This document shows positions 19,383 to 29,124 of a stretch of 64,000 bases of DNA, piece by piece (the stretch's first letter is position 1; each line of letters begins with the position of its first letter). A program made the translations under genes and the position numbers. Location of the stretch: assembly GCA_964615305.1 (NCBI GenBank), contig CAZTNA010000001.1, positions 382,793 through 446,792 on the forward strand, given 5' to 3'. The notes beneath the pieces were generated by a model, which saw nothing but the letters and a program-made list of their open reading frames with translations, had not been told where the DNA came from and made no database searches. This stretch comes from an uncultured Chitinophaga sp. GTDB lineage: Bacteria > Bacteroidota > Bacteroidia > Chitinophagales > LD1.

Positions 19383-21524
19383 ATGATTAAGAAAGTATTC
19401 TCTTTATTGCTAACCATGTTTGTATTTGCCGGCTTAACGGCCCAGTCATTCGGTACCTCTACCGGTAGCAGACCGGCCAACAGCGGCAGCGGCCACCAAC
19501 AAGGTACCCAAACAGTACAAGAAAAAGCCGCACTTAATCCGGGTGCCCCCCAGGGTCAAACAAGCCCCACCATGACCCCCGAAGAGCGCGAGTTGGCGAG
19601 AAAACAGATGGCCAGCCAAGGACAAAAACCTGCGCCAAGACAACACACGCCCGAAGAGATAGCCGCCCGCAACGCGCAACGCGAACAACGAATAAAGGGT
19701 GATACCAGCCACAGAAAAGATAAACATTTCGATGATGCGGGTTTTGAGCAGTTCAAAAGAGCGTTTATTAATACACTTTGGAAAACCTACCCAGGGTGGG
19801 CTTCCTCGGTTGGGTTTCACCGCCTCGACTCGGTATTAACTGTGCCCGATGCGCAAGCCATGGCTAACGAAAAGGCTGTGTTAGATAAACTGCAACTAAA
19901 ACTAAAACAGTTCTCGTTTGATACGCTTAGCCCTTTCAACAAGGCCGACTACCGCATGATCGAAAACTTTATAGCTAATCAAAAATTTCAACTCAACGAG
20001 TTTAAGAGTTTTGAATGGAACCCCTCTAACTACAACGTAGGCGGAAACATAGACGATGCGTTGAGCTATAAACAAATTTCGCTCGATAAACGCTTACAAA
20101 ACATAGTTGACAAGCTCAGCAAGGTGCCGGCTTATTTCGAAGCGGCCAAGCAGAATATCAAAAACCCTACTAAGGAGCACACCGAGTTAGCCATAGCACA
20201 GAACAAAGGTTCACTTTATATTTTTAAAACCGTATTACCCGATTCACTGGCAAAATCTACACTGAGCGAAGCGGATAAAACAACCTTCAAAGCAAAATTG
20301 AAAACAGCCCACCAAGCCGTAGAAAACTTTATCAGTTATTTAGAAAAGACGGTGCTGCCTACCGCTAAGCGCGACTTTAGAATTGGCTCTGCACTCTACG
20401 AAAAGAAATTTGCTCTTGATATTAACTCTGCCTATACAGCCGCACAGATGCTTGAAAAAGCCACTGCCCGTAAAACTGTACTGCATGAAGAAATGGGCAA
20501 AATTGCCGATTCGCTTTGGGTTCAGTATAAGGGCACGGCCGCTAAACCAACTAGTAACCTTGAAAAGATTAAAGCCATTATTGACACCCTCAGCAGCAAG
20601 CATTGCAAGCGAGAAGATTTTCTGAACACCATAGAACGCCAACTGCCTGAGCTAACTGCTTTTGTAAACCAAAAACAAATTTTGAAGTTAGACCCAAGTA
20701 AACCATTGAAAGTGCGGGTTACCCCCGGCTATATGGATGGTGTTGCCGGTGCTTCACTCAGTTCCCCCGGCCCTTATGACGAAAACGGCACATCGTGGTA
20801 TAACGTAACACCGCTGAACAGCTACAGCGCAGCAGAAGCCGAAAGCTACTTGCGAGAGTACAACGATTGGGTGCTGCAGATTTTAAACATTCACGAAGCC
20901 ATTCCCGGACACTACGTGCAGGCGGTATATTCTAACGCCTCGCCTGATTTGGTAAAAGCCATATTAGGCAATGGTGCTACCATTGAAGGTTGGGCTTGCT
21001 ACGTAGAGCGTATGATGATAGAACAGGGCTATAAGAGCTCTCCGGAAATGCGGTTGTTCTACTACAAGTGGAACCTGCGCGAAGTCTGCAATTTTATACT
21101 CGACTACCACGTGCACTGCAACAAATGGACCGAAGCACAGGTAACTGATTTGCTGGTAAACGAAGCTTTTCAGCAAACCACCGAAGCCAAAGAAAAATAC
21201 CAAAGGGCTACCCTTTCGCAGGTGCAGTTGACCAGCTACTTTACCGGGCTTACCGAAATTTATGAACTGCGCGAAGACATCCGCAAAAAGCAGGGAGCAG
21301 CTTTCAACCTCAAAAAATTCCATGAAGAATTTTTGTCGTTCGGTTCGGCACCTGTCAAAGAAATTGCCCCGCTTATGTTTACCCCCAAGCCCAAGGCGGT
21401 TGCTAACCAGCAGGGGCAAAACCGCGGAGGGCAGAACAGGCCGCAAGGCCAGGGGGGCAACAGGCCAACCTCTAACGGCCCCGGCAATGCAGATGCTATA
21501 CAAAACCAGCCCGGCAAAAAATAA
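19383..21524 (+). CDS. DUF885-family protein (metallopeptidase-like HExxxGH motif), secreted
   Basis: 713-aa ORF with a signal peptide and the motif HEAIPGHYVQ. The N- and C-terminal tails are Q/G/P/N-rich low complexity. Confidence 0.78.
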   Translation: MIKKVFSLLLTMFVFAGLTAQSFGTSTGSRPANSGSGHQQGTQTVQEKAALNPGAPQGQTSPTMTPEERELARKQMASQGQKPAPRQHTPEEIAARNAQREQRIKGDTSHRKDKHFDDAGFEQFKRAFINTLWKTYPGWASSVGFHRLDSVLTVPDAQAMANEKAVLDKLQLKLKQFSFDTLSPFNKADYRMIENFIANQKFQLNEFKSFEWNPSNYNVGGNIDDALSYKQISLDKRLQNIVDKLSKVPAYFEAAKQNIKNPTKEHTELAIAQNKGSLYIFKTVLPDSLAKSTLSEADKTTFKAKLKTAHQAVENFISYLEKTVLPTAKRDFRIGSALYEKKFALDINSAYTAAQMLEKATARKTVLHEEMGKIADSLWVQYKGTAAKPTSNLEKIKAIIDTLSSKHCKREDFLNTIERQLPELTAFVNQKQILKLDPSKPLKVRVTPGYMDGVAGASLSSPGPYDENGTSWYNVTPLNSYSAAEAESYLREYNDWVLQILNIHEAIPGHYVQAVYSNASPDLVKAILGNGATIEGWACYVERMMIEQGYKSSPEMRLFYYKWNLREVCNFILDYHVHCNKWTEAQVTDLLVNEAFQQTTEAKEKYQRATLSQVQLTSYFTGLTEIYELREDIRKKQGAAFNLKKFHEEFLSFGSAPVKEIAPLMFTPKPKAVANQQGQNRGGQNRPQGQGGNRPTSNGPGNADAIQNQPGKK

Positions 21525-21587
21525 TTTTTAGCCAACACACAATAAATTTTCCATGCAGCGTTTAACGGTATAATTCACCCACAGGAG

Positions 21588-22628
21588 ATGGAGATAACAG
21601 CGAAGGAATTAGCCCTATTACTCAATGCCCGTTTGGAGGGAAACCCCGAAACGAGAGTAAAAAAGCTCGCTAAAATTGAAGAAGCAGATGCCGAAGCATT
21701 CTGTTTTTTGGGCAACCCCAAATACTTTCATTATGCGCAAACTGCCAAGGCGGGTATTTTGCTTTGCGATGAAACACTTGAATACAACGCAGCGAATATC
21801 GGTGCTGCGCTACGTGTTAAAGATCCGTATCAGGCGTTTCAACAACTCATGGAGGCGTATGCTGCCATGAACAGCAGCAACAAAAAAGCAAGTATTGAAC
21901 CCCATTCGCATATAGGCAAACAAAGCAGCTATGGCGAAAACTTTCACCTCGGAAACTTCAGTTACATTGGCGATAACGTAACTATTGGCCATAACGTAAC
22001 TATTTACCCCAACTGTTTTGTGGGCGATAATGCCACTATAGGCAGCGGAACCATATTGTATGCTAACGTATCGGTGTACCACCACTGCCAAATTGGAGAA
22101 CACAACATACTTCATTCGGGGTGTGTAATAGGCAGCGATGGCTTTGGTTTTGCCCCGCAGCAAGACGGCACCTACAAAAAAATTCCGCAAACCGGCAATG
22201 TGGTTACCGGCAACCATGTAGAGGTGGGCGCTAACACCTGTATAGACAGAGCCGTGATGGGTTCCACCAAAATAGGCCACGGGGTAAAGCTCGATAACCT
22301 GATACAAATTGCCCACAATGTAGAACTGGGCGACAATACCGTTATAGCCGCACAGGCGGGTATTTCGGGCTCTTCGAAATTTGGTAAAAATGTAATGATA
22401 GGAGGGCAGGCAGGTGTTACCGGCCACCTGACCATTGCCGAAGGGGTAAAAATACAGGCTCAGGCGGCCGTTATTCGCGATGTTACCGAAAAGGGCAAAG
22501 GTATTTCGGGCGCACCGGCTGTTGATGCCCGCGAGCACTACCGCATTTTAGCTTCTATGAAAATTTTGCCGCAGTTGATACAACGTGTAAAAGACTTAGA
22601 GAAAAAACTTGAAAAGGGACTTGACTGA
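21588..22628 (+). CDS. lpxD: UDP-3-O-acylglucosamine N-acyltransferase
   Basis: 346-aa ORF with an LpxD N-terminal domain and hexapeptide left-handed beta-helix repeats. It lies in the lpxD-lpxC/fabZ-lpxA cluster. Confidence 0.95.
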   Translation: MEITAKELALLLNARLEGNPETRVKKLAKIEEADAEAFCFLGNPKYFHYAQTAKAGILLCDETLEYNAANIGAALRVKDPYQAFQQLMEAYAAMNSSNKKASIEPHSHIGKQSSYGENFHLGNFSYIGDNVTIGHNVTIYPNCFVGDNATIGSGTILYANVSVYHHCQIGEHNILHSGCVIGSDGFGFAPQQDGTYKKIPQTGNVVTGNHVEVGANTCIDRAVMGSTKIGHGVKLDNLIQIAHNVELGDNTVIAAQAGISGSSKFGKNVMIGGQAGVTGHLTIAEGVKIQAQAAVIRDVTEKGKGISGAPAVDAREHYRILASMKILPQLIQRVKDLEKKLEKGLD

Positions 22629-22703
22629 CTGATGAGGAGCGTGTATTTCGGGTTATCTCTTGTAACGTAAAATAATAGTTTAGCCACCTTTTTGAAATAG
22701 TTA

Positions 22704-24107
22704 ATGACTCATTCTCTACAACAAACTATCAAACAAGAAACCACCCTGACCGGTGTTGGTTTACATACCGGTCAAAACGTTACGGTTAAGTTTCTTCCCG
22801 CACCTGCCCACCACGGTATTAAGTTTCAACGAACCGATTTGCCGGGCGAACCTCTCATTAATGCCGATTGCGACCTGGTAACCACTGTGCAGCGCGGCAC
22901 TACATTAGAAAAAGGCCCTGCTACGGTGGCTACGGTAGAGCACCTGATGAGTGCCCTAATAGGTTTGCAAATTGATAACTGCCTGGTGCAGGTCAATGGT
23001 GTTGAAATTCCGATTATGGACGGCAGCGCCAAACACTTTGTTGAAGCGCTCGAAAAAGCCGGCATACAAGAACAAACCGAAGAGCGCGATATTTTTGAAC
23101 TGCGCCAGAATATACATTACGTAGATAAAGAAAGCGGGGTAGAATACCTGGCTATGCCCAGCAACCGCTATAAGGTAACCGCCTTAATAGATTACAAGAG
23201 CGAAGTGTTAGGCCAGCAACATGCCACGCTCGACAAAGTAACTGACTTTAGAAAAGAAATAGCGCCCAGCCGCACCTTCTGTTTTCTTCATGAACTGGAA
23301 ATGCTCTACGAAGCAGGGCTTATACGCGGGGGCGATTTAAATAACGCCATTATAGTAGTGGACAAACCGGTGAGCGAAGAAGAGCGCGTAAAACTGGCGG
23401 CTTTGTTTAACAAGCCCGATATAAAAGTAGTAGAAGAGGGCATTTTGAATAATGTTGACCTGAACCACCACAACGAACCGGCCCGCCATAAGTTGTTAGA
23501 CGTGGTGGGCGATTTGGGCCTTATAGGCACACCTATTAACGCCAATATTATAGCCACTAAACCCGGGCACAAACACAATGTAGAGTTTGCCAAAGTGCTT
23601 AAACAGCACATTAAGCAAGAGCGCATGAAAGACCCGGCTCCTGAATACAACCCCAACAAGCCGCCCATTTACGATGCTACCGGTATTGAAAAAATACTTC
23701 CGCACCGCTACCCGTTTTTAATGATTGATAAAATTATTTCGCTTACAGATACCGAAGTGGTAGGGGTAAAAGGAGTAACCATGAACGAAGAGTTTTTCCG
23801 GGGTCATTTTCCGGGCAACCCTATTATGCCGGGGGTGCTGCAGTTAGAAGCCATGGCACAAACCGGTGGCATATTGGTACTTAGCCAGGTGCCCGACCCG
23901 CAAAACTACGACACCTACTTTATTAAGATTGATAAAGTAAAGTTCCGAAATCATGTAGTGCCGGGCGATACTGTTTTGTTTAAAATGGAACTGCTTTCGC
24001 CTATGCGCAGAGGCATTATAGAAATGCGCGGCAGCGCTTTTGTAGGCAATAAATTAGTAAGTGAAGCCGAGTTGATGGCAAAAATTCAACGAAAAGAAGG
24101 AAAATAA
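22704..24107 (+). CDS. lpxC/fabZ: bifunctional UDP-3-O-acyl-GlcNAc deacetylase / 3-hydroxyacyl-ACP dehydratase
   Basis: 467-aa fusion typical of Bacteroidota. The N-terminal half is LpxC-like (TLTGVGLHTG) and the C-terminal half is FabZ-like (LPHRYPFLMIDKI, FFRGHFPGNPIMPGV). Confidence 0.96.
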   Translation: MTHSLQQTIKQETTLTGVGLHTGQNVTVKFLPAPAHHGIKFQRTDLPGEPLINADCDLVTTVQRGTTLEKGPATVATVEHLMSALIGLQIDNCLVQVNGVEIPIMDGSAKHFVEALEKAGIQEQTEERDIFELRQNIHYVDKESGVEYLAMPSNRYKVTALIDYKSEVLGQQHATLDKVTDFRKEIAPSRTFCFLHELEMLYEAGLIRGGDLNNAIIVVDKPVSEEERVKLAALFNKPDIKVVEEGILNNVDLNHHNEPARHKLLDVVGDLGLIGTPINANIIATKPGHKHNVEFAKVLKQHIKQERMKDPAPEYNPNKPPIYDATGIEKILPHRYPFLMIDKIISLTDTEVVGVKGVTMNEEFFRGHFPGNPIMPGVLQLEAMAQTGGILVLSQVPDPQNYDTYFIKIDKVKFRNHVVPGDTVLFKMELLSPMRRGIIEMRGSAFVGNKLVSEAELMAKIQRKEGK

Positions 24108-24215
24108 TTAGCCGATAACCTGATGCGTAAACCCCAAAACTCAAAATAGCCCTACCTGTTGTGATACCACTTGTGCATCTGCTCAATGGCTAGTTAACTC
24201 ACCTACTTATTTATC

Positions 24216-25007
24216 ATGAACCAACCCTTTTCATACATACATCCGCAGGCAGAAGTAGCCGATAATGTAGTAGTAGAGCCCTTTGTTACCATTTCGAAAG
24301 ATGTGGTGATTGGCGAAGGCACCTGGATAGGCCCGCACGTTACTATTATGGAAGGGGCGCGTATTGGTAAAAACTGCAAGATTTTCCCCGGCTCGGTTAT
24401 TAGTGCTATTCCACAGGATTTAAAATACAAAGGCGAAAAATCAACCGTAGTAATTGGCGATAACGTAACCATTCGCGAATACGTTACGGTAAACAAAGGC
24501 ACCGAAGCCGCCATGAAAACCGTAATAGGCAACAACACTTTGCTGATGGCTTACGTACACATAGCGCACGATTGCATAATAGGCAACAACTGTGTGCTGG
24601 CCAACAACGCCAACCTGGCCGGCCATGTAGAAGTGGGCGACTTTACCATACTGGGCGGCTCTACCAACTTTCAGCAGTTTGTAAAAATTGGCCGCCATGT
24701 TATTGTCAGCGGGGGGTGTTTGGTCAACAAAGATATTCCCCCTTTTGTACGCGCTGCCCGCCACCCTACTACGTATGCCGGTGTAAACTCTATAGGTTTG
24801 CGCAGGCGCGGCTACACCACTGAGCAAATTAACCAGATATTAGACGTGTACCGTATTCTTTACATACGCGGTTTCAATACCAGCACGGCTCTCAAGTATA
24901 TTGAGGCCGATATTGCCAGCAGCTCAGAAAAAGATGAAATAGTCAATTTTACCCGCGAGAGTGTGCGCGGTATTATGAAGGGCTTTAAGAGTACCAGTGA
25001 AGAGTAA
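24216..25007 (+). CDS. lpxA: acyl-ACP--UDP-N-acetylglucosamine O-acyltransferase
   Basis: 263-aa ORF with hexapeptide repeats and an LpxA-type C-terminal helical domain. Confidence 0.95.
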   Translation: MNQPFSYIHPQAEVADNVVVEPFVTISKDVVIGEGTWIGPHVTIMEGARIGKNCKIFPGSVISAIPQDLKYKGEKSTVVIGDNVTIREYVTVNKGTEAAMKTVIGNNTLLMAYVHIAHDCIIGNNCVLANNANLAGHVEVGDFTILGGSTNFQQFVKIGRHVIVSGGCLVNKDIPPFVRAARHPTTYAGVNSIGLRRRGYTTEQINQILDVYRILYIRGFNTSTALKYIEADIASSSEKDEIVNFTRESVRGIMKGFKSTSEE

Positions 25008-25133
25008 CCGGTTAAAGACCTTGGCCGCCTACCGGTTCACTTGGGTAGTTCAACAACTAATTTCACCCCTTATCTTGATAGAGAGTAATTCATACACTAC
25101 ATTATTTTAGCCACAAAAAACAAAGCAGCATAT

Positions 25134-26972
25134 ATGTGCGGAATAGTAGCATACATTGGTCATCGTGAAGCATACCCCATATTAATCAAAGGACTTAAGC
25201 GGTTAGAATACCGCGGTTACGACAGCGCGGGCATTGCCCTGCTCAATGGCGGCATGAGCATTTACAAATGCAAAGGCAAAGTGGCCGACCTCGAAAACGT
25301 TACGCAGGGTAAAAAGATGGACGGTGGTTTGGGTATGGGCCATACCCGCTGGGCTACCCATGGCGAACCCAACGATGCCAACTCGCACCCGCACGTATCG
25401 CAAAGTGGCGATATTGCCATTATTCACAACGGCATTATTGAAAACTATGCTTCGCTCAAAGAAGAGTTGATGAACCGCGGCCATCAGTTCAACAGCGATA
25501 CCGACACCGAAGTGCTGGCACACCTCATAGAAGACGTGCAGCAACACACCCACACCAGTTTAGACGAAGCCGTGCGGCTGGCCTTACACGAAGTAGTAGG
25601 CGCTTATGCCATAGTTATTATTTCTAAAAACGACCCGGCCAAGCTCATAGGTGCCCGCAAAGGTTCGCCTTTGGTAGTAGGCATTGGTGCCGATGGCGAA
25701 TATTTTATGGCCAGCGATGCCACCCCTATAATTGAGTACACCAAAAATGTAACTTACCTCAACGATAACGAAATAGCTTCGGTTATTGACGGCAAACTAT
25801 CTATAAAAACACTGGGCAACGTAGAACAAATACCCTACATACAAACCCTTGAAATGAACTTAGAAACCATTGAGAAAGGTGGCTACGAACATTTCATGCT
25901 CAAAGAAATTCACGAGCAGCCCCGCAGCATTTACGATTCGCTGCGCGGCCGGTTTGACCCGGTGGCCGGCAGCTTTGCCATGCGCAGTTTAAAAGAGCAC
26001 GAGGGCAAAATCAAAAACCTGAAACGCATAGTTATAGTAGGCTGCGGCACCTCGTGGCATGCCGGCCTGGTAGGCGAGTACCTGTTCGAAGACATAGCCC
26101 GCATACCGGTAGAGGTAGAGTATGCCTCTGAGTTCAGATACCGCAACCCCGTTATTGGCGAAGACGATTTGGTAATTGCCATATCGCAGAGTGGCGAAAC
26201 AGCCGATACATTGGCCGCCATTGAATTAGCCAAAGAAAAAGGCGCCACCATTTTTGGCTTGTGCAATGTGGTGGGCTCGTCTATTCCGCGCACCTCGCAT
26301 GCCGGGGCATATACCCATGCCGGACCCGAAATTGGCGTGGCCAGCACCAAAGCATTTACAGCACAGGTGTCTATTCTTACCCTCTGGGCTTTCGGCTTTG
26401 CCGAAATACGCGGAAAAGCTACCAAAAACGACCTGCGCACCGCCTTTGCCGAACTGGAAGCTATACCCGGTAAAGTGCAAAAAACTCTCTTATGCGAAGA
26501 GCAGGTAAAAGAAATTTCGGCCATTATTAAAGATGCCGGTAATGTATTGTACCTGGGCAGAGGGTACCAGTTTCCGGTAGCCCTCGAAGGCGCGCTGAAA
26601 CTCAAAGAAATTTCGTACATACATGCCGAGGGCTACCCGGCTGCCGAAATGAAACACGGCCCCATAGCCCTGATAGACGAAAACATGCCGGTGGTAGTAA
26701 TAGCCACTAAAAACAGTATTTACGAAAAAGTAATCAGCAATATACAGGAAGTAAAAGCGCGCAAAGGCAAAATTATAGCTATAGTTACTGAAGGCGATGA
26801 TAAAGTACGCAAAATGGCCGACTATGTTATTGAAGTGCCCGAAACTAAAGAGTTTTTAGAGCCCCTGCTAACTACTATTCCTATGCAGTTGCTCTCGTAC
26901 CATGTGGCCGTTATGCGCGGCTGCAATGTGGATCAGCCGCGTAATTTGGCTAAAAGTGTAACGGTAGAGTAA
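25134..26972 (+). CDS. glmS: glutamine--fructose-6-phosphate aminotransferase
   Basis: 612-aa ORF with the catalytic N-terminus MCGIV, two SIS domains and the C-terminus DQPRNLAKSVTVE. Confidence 0.98.
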   Translation: MCGIVAYIGHREAYPILIKGLKRLEYRGYDSAGIALLNGGMSIYKCKGKVADLENVTQGKKMDGGLGMGHTRWATHGEPNDANSHPHVSQSGDIAIIHNGIIENYASLKEELMNRGHQFNSDTDTEVLAHLIEDVQQHTHTSLDEAVRLALHEVVGAYAIVIISKNDPAKLIGARKGSPLVVGIGADGEYFMASDATPIIEYTKNVTYLNDNEIASVIDGKLSIKTLGNVEQIPYIQTLEMNLETIEKGGYEHFMLKEIHEQPRSIYDSLRGRFDPVAGSFAMRSLKEHEGKIKNLKRIVIVGCGTSWHAGLVGEYLFEDIARIPVEVEYASEFRYRNPVIGEDDLVIAISQSGETADTLAAIELAKEKGATIFGLCNVVGSSIPRTSHAGAYTHAGPEIGVASTKAFTAQVSILTLWAFGFAEIRGKATKNDLRTAFAELEAIPGKVQKTLLCEEQVKEISAIIKDAGNVLYLGRGYQFPVALEGALKLKEISYIHAEGYPAAEMKHGPIALIDENMPVVVIATKNSIYEKVISNIQEVKARKGKIIAIVTEGDDKVRKMADYVIEVPETKEFLEPLLTTIPMQLLSYHVAVMRGCNVDQPRNLAKSVTVE

Positions 26973-27027
26973 GGGTTTAGTTACCATTACCTATATTTAC
27001 CACACGCTCTAATTATACCATACCCTT

Positions 27028-27579
27028 ATGAAAATTACACTGCCCTACACCATTGAAAGCGGACAAGGCGAAAAGATAATTTTCAAAGAAATTATCAGCG
27101 AACCCGATGGCGACAAAGTGATTATAGAAGGTTACTGCTCACCCAATGCCGGTCCGGCTATGCACGTTCATTATAAACAAGACGAAGGGCTAACCGTTGT
27201 GAAAGGTAAAATGGGCTGCCAGACTTTAGGACAAGAGCCTGTATATTACCGCGAAGGTCAAGAAGTAGTATTTCTTCGTAACACACCCCATCGGTTTTGG
27301 AACGCAGGTAACGATGAACTCATAATTAGCAGTTGGATAAAGCCGGCCAACAGCATTATCTTCTTCTTGTCAACATTATACGCGGCACAAAAAAAATCAG
27401 GCTCTTCGCGGCCGGAGGTATTTGATGCTGCTTATCTTATGGTTCGTTACAAGAATGAATACGGATTACCCGAGTTACCCGCGTTCGTTAAGAATGTAAT
27501 AATGCCCATTACTTATACCCTTGGTACCTTCACAGGAAAGTATAAGCACTTTACTGATGCACCGGAATCGTTGAAATAA
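27028..27579 (+). CDS. cupin domain protein
   Basis: 183-aa ORF with a cupin beta-barrel region (GPAMHVHYKQDEGLTVVKG ... PHRFWN). Confidence 0.6.
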   Translation: MKITLPYTIESGQGEKIIFKEIISEPDGDKVIIEGYCSPNAGPAMHVHYKQDEGLTVVKGKMGCQTLGQEPVYYREGQEVVFLRNTPHRFWNAGNDELIISSWIKPANSIIFFLSTLYAAQKKSGSSRPEVFDAAYLMVRYKNEYGLPELPAFVKNVIMPITYTLGTFTGKYKHFTDAPESLK

Positions 27580-27584
27580 ATTGA

Positions 27585-27885
27585 ACGGCCACTCTCCGGG
27601 CATTACACCCTATTCCTATTGCCAACTTCGGCTTAGCAGGGGTAGTGAACACTAACATACCGGTTCAGGTCAGTAGCCCGGCAGGTACACCGCGCTTTTG
27701 ATGCTACTTAGCCGGCCGGCTGATTAACCACCGCCCCCTACCATACCTTATGCCGGGTACCTTTACTCCGCTGCTGCTACAGACCTTTGCCACTCAGGGG
27801 CATACCTACCTGTTTGTACTCCAGCTATTCACAGGCTGTTTTTACCCCCCGGTAGCAAGCCGTGGGGGTATCACCAAAACAACAG
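27585..27885. other. ORF-free GC-rich segment (possible ncRNA or decayed gene)
   Basis: No ORF of 60 aa or more on either strand. One frame stays open for ~100 codons but lacks a start and is broken by TGA at 27699-27701. Contains the perfect palindrome GCCGGCCGGC (27711-27720) and a G:C-rich hairpin at 27845-27868. Confidence 0.2.
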
Positions 27886-28110
27886 AATAACTATTCAGAT
27901 AAAAAGAGTAATTATTTATACTTTACAAATTGTAATCTATAATTTACAAATAACAATCTATTTTATATAAATAACTACTTAAAGTTTTAAAGTAATTATT
28001 TGCATAATTCAGATATTAATTTATATATTATAAATAATAAACCATAAGTTTAGAATTATTACTCTACAATAATAAATAGTTATTCATAACCAAAATTTAA
28101 TTAGTTTTAC
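27886..28110. repeat. extremely AT-rich repetitive spacer upstream of the 28146 gene
   Basis: Adjacent 21-bp direct repeats at 27922-27942 and 27943-27963 (tttacaaattgtaatctataa / tttacaaataacaatctattt). A 33-bp bipartite repeat, aataacta-N13-agtaattattt, occurs at 27886-27918 and 27970-28002, 84 bp apart. attcagata occurs at 27893-27901 and 28007-28015. Confidence 0.6.
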
Positions 28111-28145
28111 ACCCACATTGAATAGTTAAAGCTAAAAACTGCGTT

Positions 28146-28814
28146 ATGCCGGCCGATTTTATACCTCGCAAGAACCTTGACTTTGCCACTTTTCAGCACA
28201 ACTTAGTAAACCAGGTAGTAGCCCATGCCGCTGCCTGGGGTATTAGCGCGGGCAGTGTAGCCGAACTGGTAGCCGCTTCGGGCAAATACACCCACCACTA
28301 CAACGCTATTAGCAACAAAGGCGAGCGCACTATGGCACACGTGGCGGGGCACAACCAAGAGCGCAAAAATTTCGAGAAAACACTGCGCCAGTTTGTAAAC
28401 GCATACATACGCGGCAACACCCAAATTAACGAAGAGCAAATGGCCGGTATGATGCTTCGGCACAGGCGCAAAAAGCGCACCGTGCGCGAGTATATACACC
28501 ACGCCCCCGAAGTATGGATACAAGTAAAAGGCGGTATGGTGGTAAAAATTTATTGCCGGCAGGTGAACACCGCAGGCAAGGCAGCGGTACACCCCGAAGC
28601 CGATGGCATTGAACTGCGCTACTCACTGGGCACAGCAGCCACCCGTGCTGCACAAGCCACAGAGGTGCTGTTTACCAAAAAAGCCAAAAACAAAATTCAA
28701 CTGCCCCTTACCCAGCAAGGTAAAAAACTATACCTGTTTGCCCGCTGGCTGAACCTAACCACCCCTGACCGCTCCAGCCCGTGGAGCGAAGTGCAGGAGG
28801 CAATGGTTTTTTAA
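28146..28814 (+). CDS. hypothetical protein (no recognisable domain)
   Basis: 222-aa ORF with an ATG start, well separated from neighbours. The basic middle region reads LRHRRKKRTVRE and the C-terminus reads GKKLYLFARWLNLTTPDRSSPWSE. Confidence 0.6.
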   Translation: MPADFIPRKNLDFATFQHNLVNQVVAHAAAWGISAGSVAELVAASGKYTHHYNAISNKGERTMAHVAGHNQERKNFEKTLRQFVNAYIRGNTQINEEQMAGMMLRHRRKKRTVREYIHHAPEVWIQVKGGMVVKIYCRQVNTAGKAAVHPEADGIELRYSLGTAATRAAQATEVLFTKKAKNKIQLPLTQQGKKLYLFARWLNLTTPDRSSPWSEVQEAMVF

Positions 28815-28904
28815 CAACATAAAAAACAGGCACAACAGATAACAACCGGCCGGCAGCCCGGTATGCTAACCACCGATTTTTATTTTTGCCCCCGTTCATT
28901 ACTT

Positions 28905-29114
28905 ATGGAAGAATTAGAAGTAGAAAAAAAAGATTACGCCACCATACAACTAAAGCCGCGTGGTCCGGTTACTATTACCGGCAACTTTGAAATAATACTC
29001 GAAGACGGCACCCTGCTCGAAAAGCGCGAAAAAGTATCTATCTGCCGCTGCGGCATGAGCCAAAAAATGCCTATTTGCGATGGCGCTCACAAAGCCCTGG
29101 CAGCAGTACTGTAA
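28905..29114 (+). CDS. CDGSH iron-sulfur domain protein
   Basis: Start at ATG 28905. Carries the CDGSH-type motif CRCGMSQKMPICDGAH. Confidence 0.75.
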   Translation: MEELEVEKKDYATIQLKPRGPVTITGNFEIILEDGTLLEKREKVSICRCGMSQKMPICDGAHKALAAVL

Positions 29115-29124
29115 GTTTTTATTC

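Noticed and set aside
21810-22538. 242-aa ORF antisense to lpxD, and a similar 87-aa ORF at 22172..22435
   Set aside because: It lies entirely inside the well-supported lpxD CDS. Hexapeptide-repeat genes typically leave long open antisense frames, and its composition is low-complexity with no start context.
25008-25133. A glmS ribozyme upstream of glmS
   Set aside because: That ribozyme is characteristic of Gram-positive lineages. The 126-bp leader here shows no obvious conserved pseudoknotted core, and I cannot support it.
25931-26620. 229-aa ORF antisense to glmS
   Set aside because: It is fully embedded in the highly conserved glmS CDS. The frame is probably open only because of GC-rich codon usage, and I recognise no motifs.
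27585-27885. A known structured RNA (tmRNA, RNase P RNA, SRP RNA, 6S RNA or tRNA) in the GC-rich ORF-free segment
   Set aside because: I could not find the diagnostic motifs. There is no GGAAAGTCCGGGC-type RNase P core, no tmRNA tag reading frame or CCA-proximal acceptor, no T-loop GGTTCGAATCC-like sequence and no SRP domain IV motif. The segment is left as unknown.
27922-27963. The 21-bp direct repeats as a mini CRISPR array
   Set aside because: There are only two imperfect copies, they are directly adjacent with no spacers, they are extremely AT-rich, and there are no cas genes.
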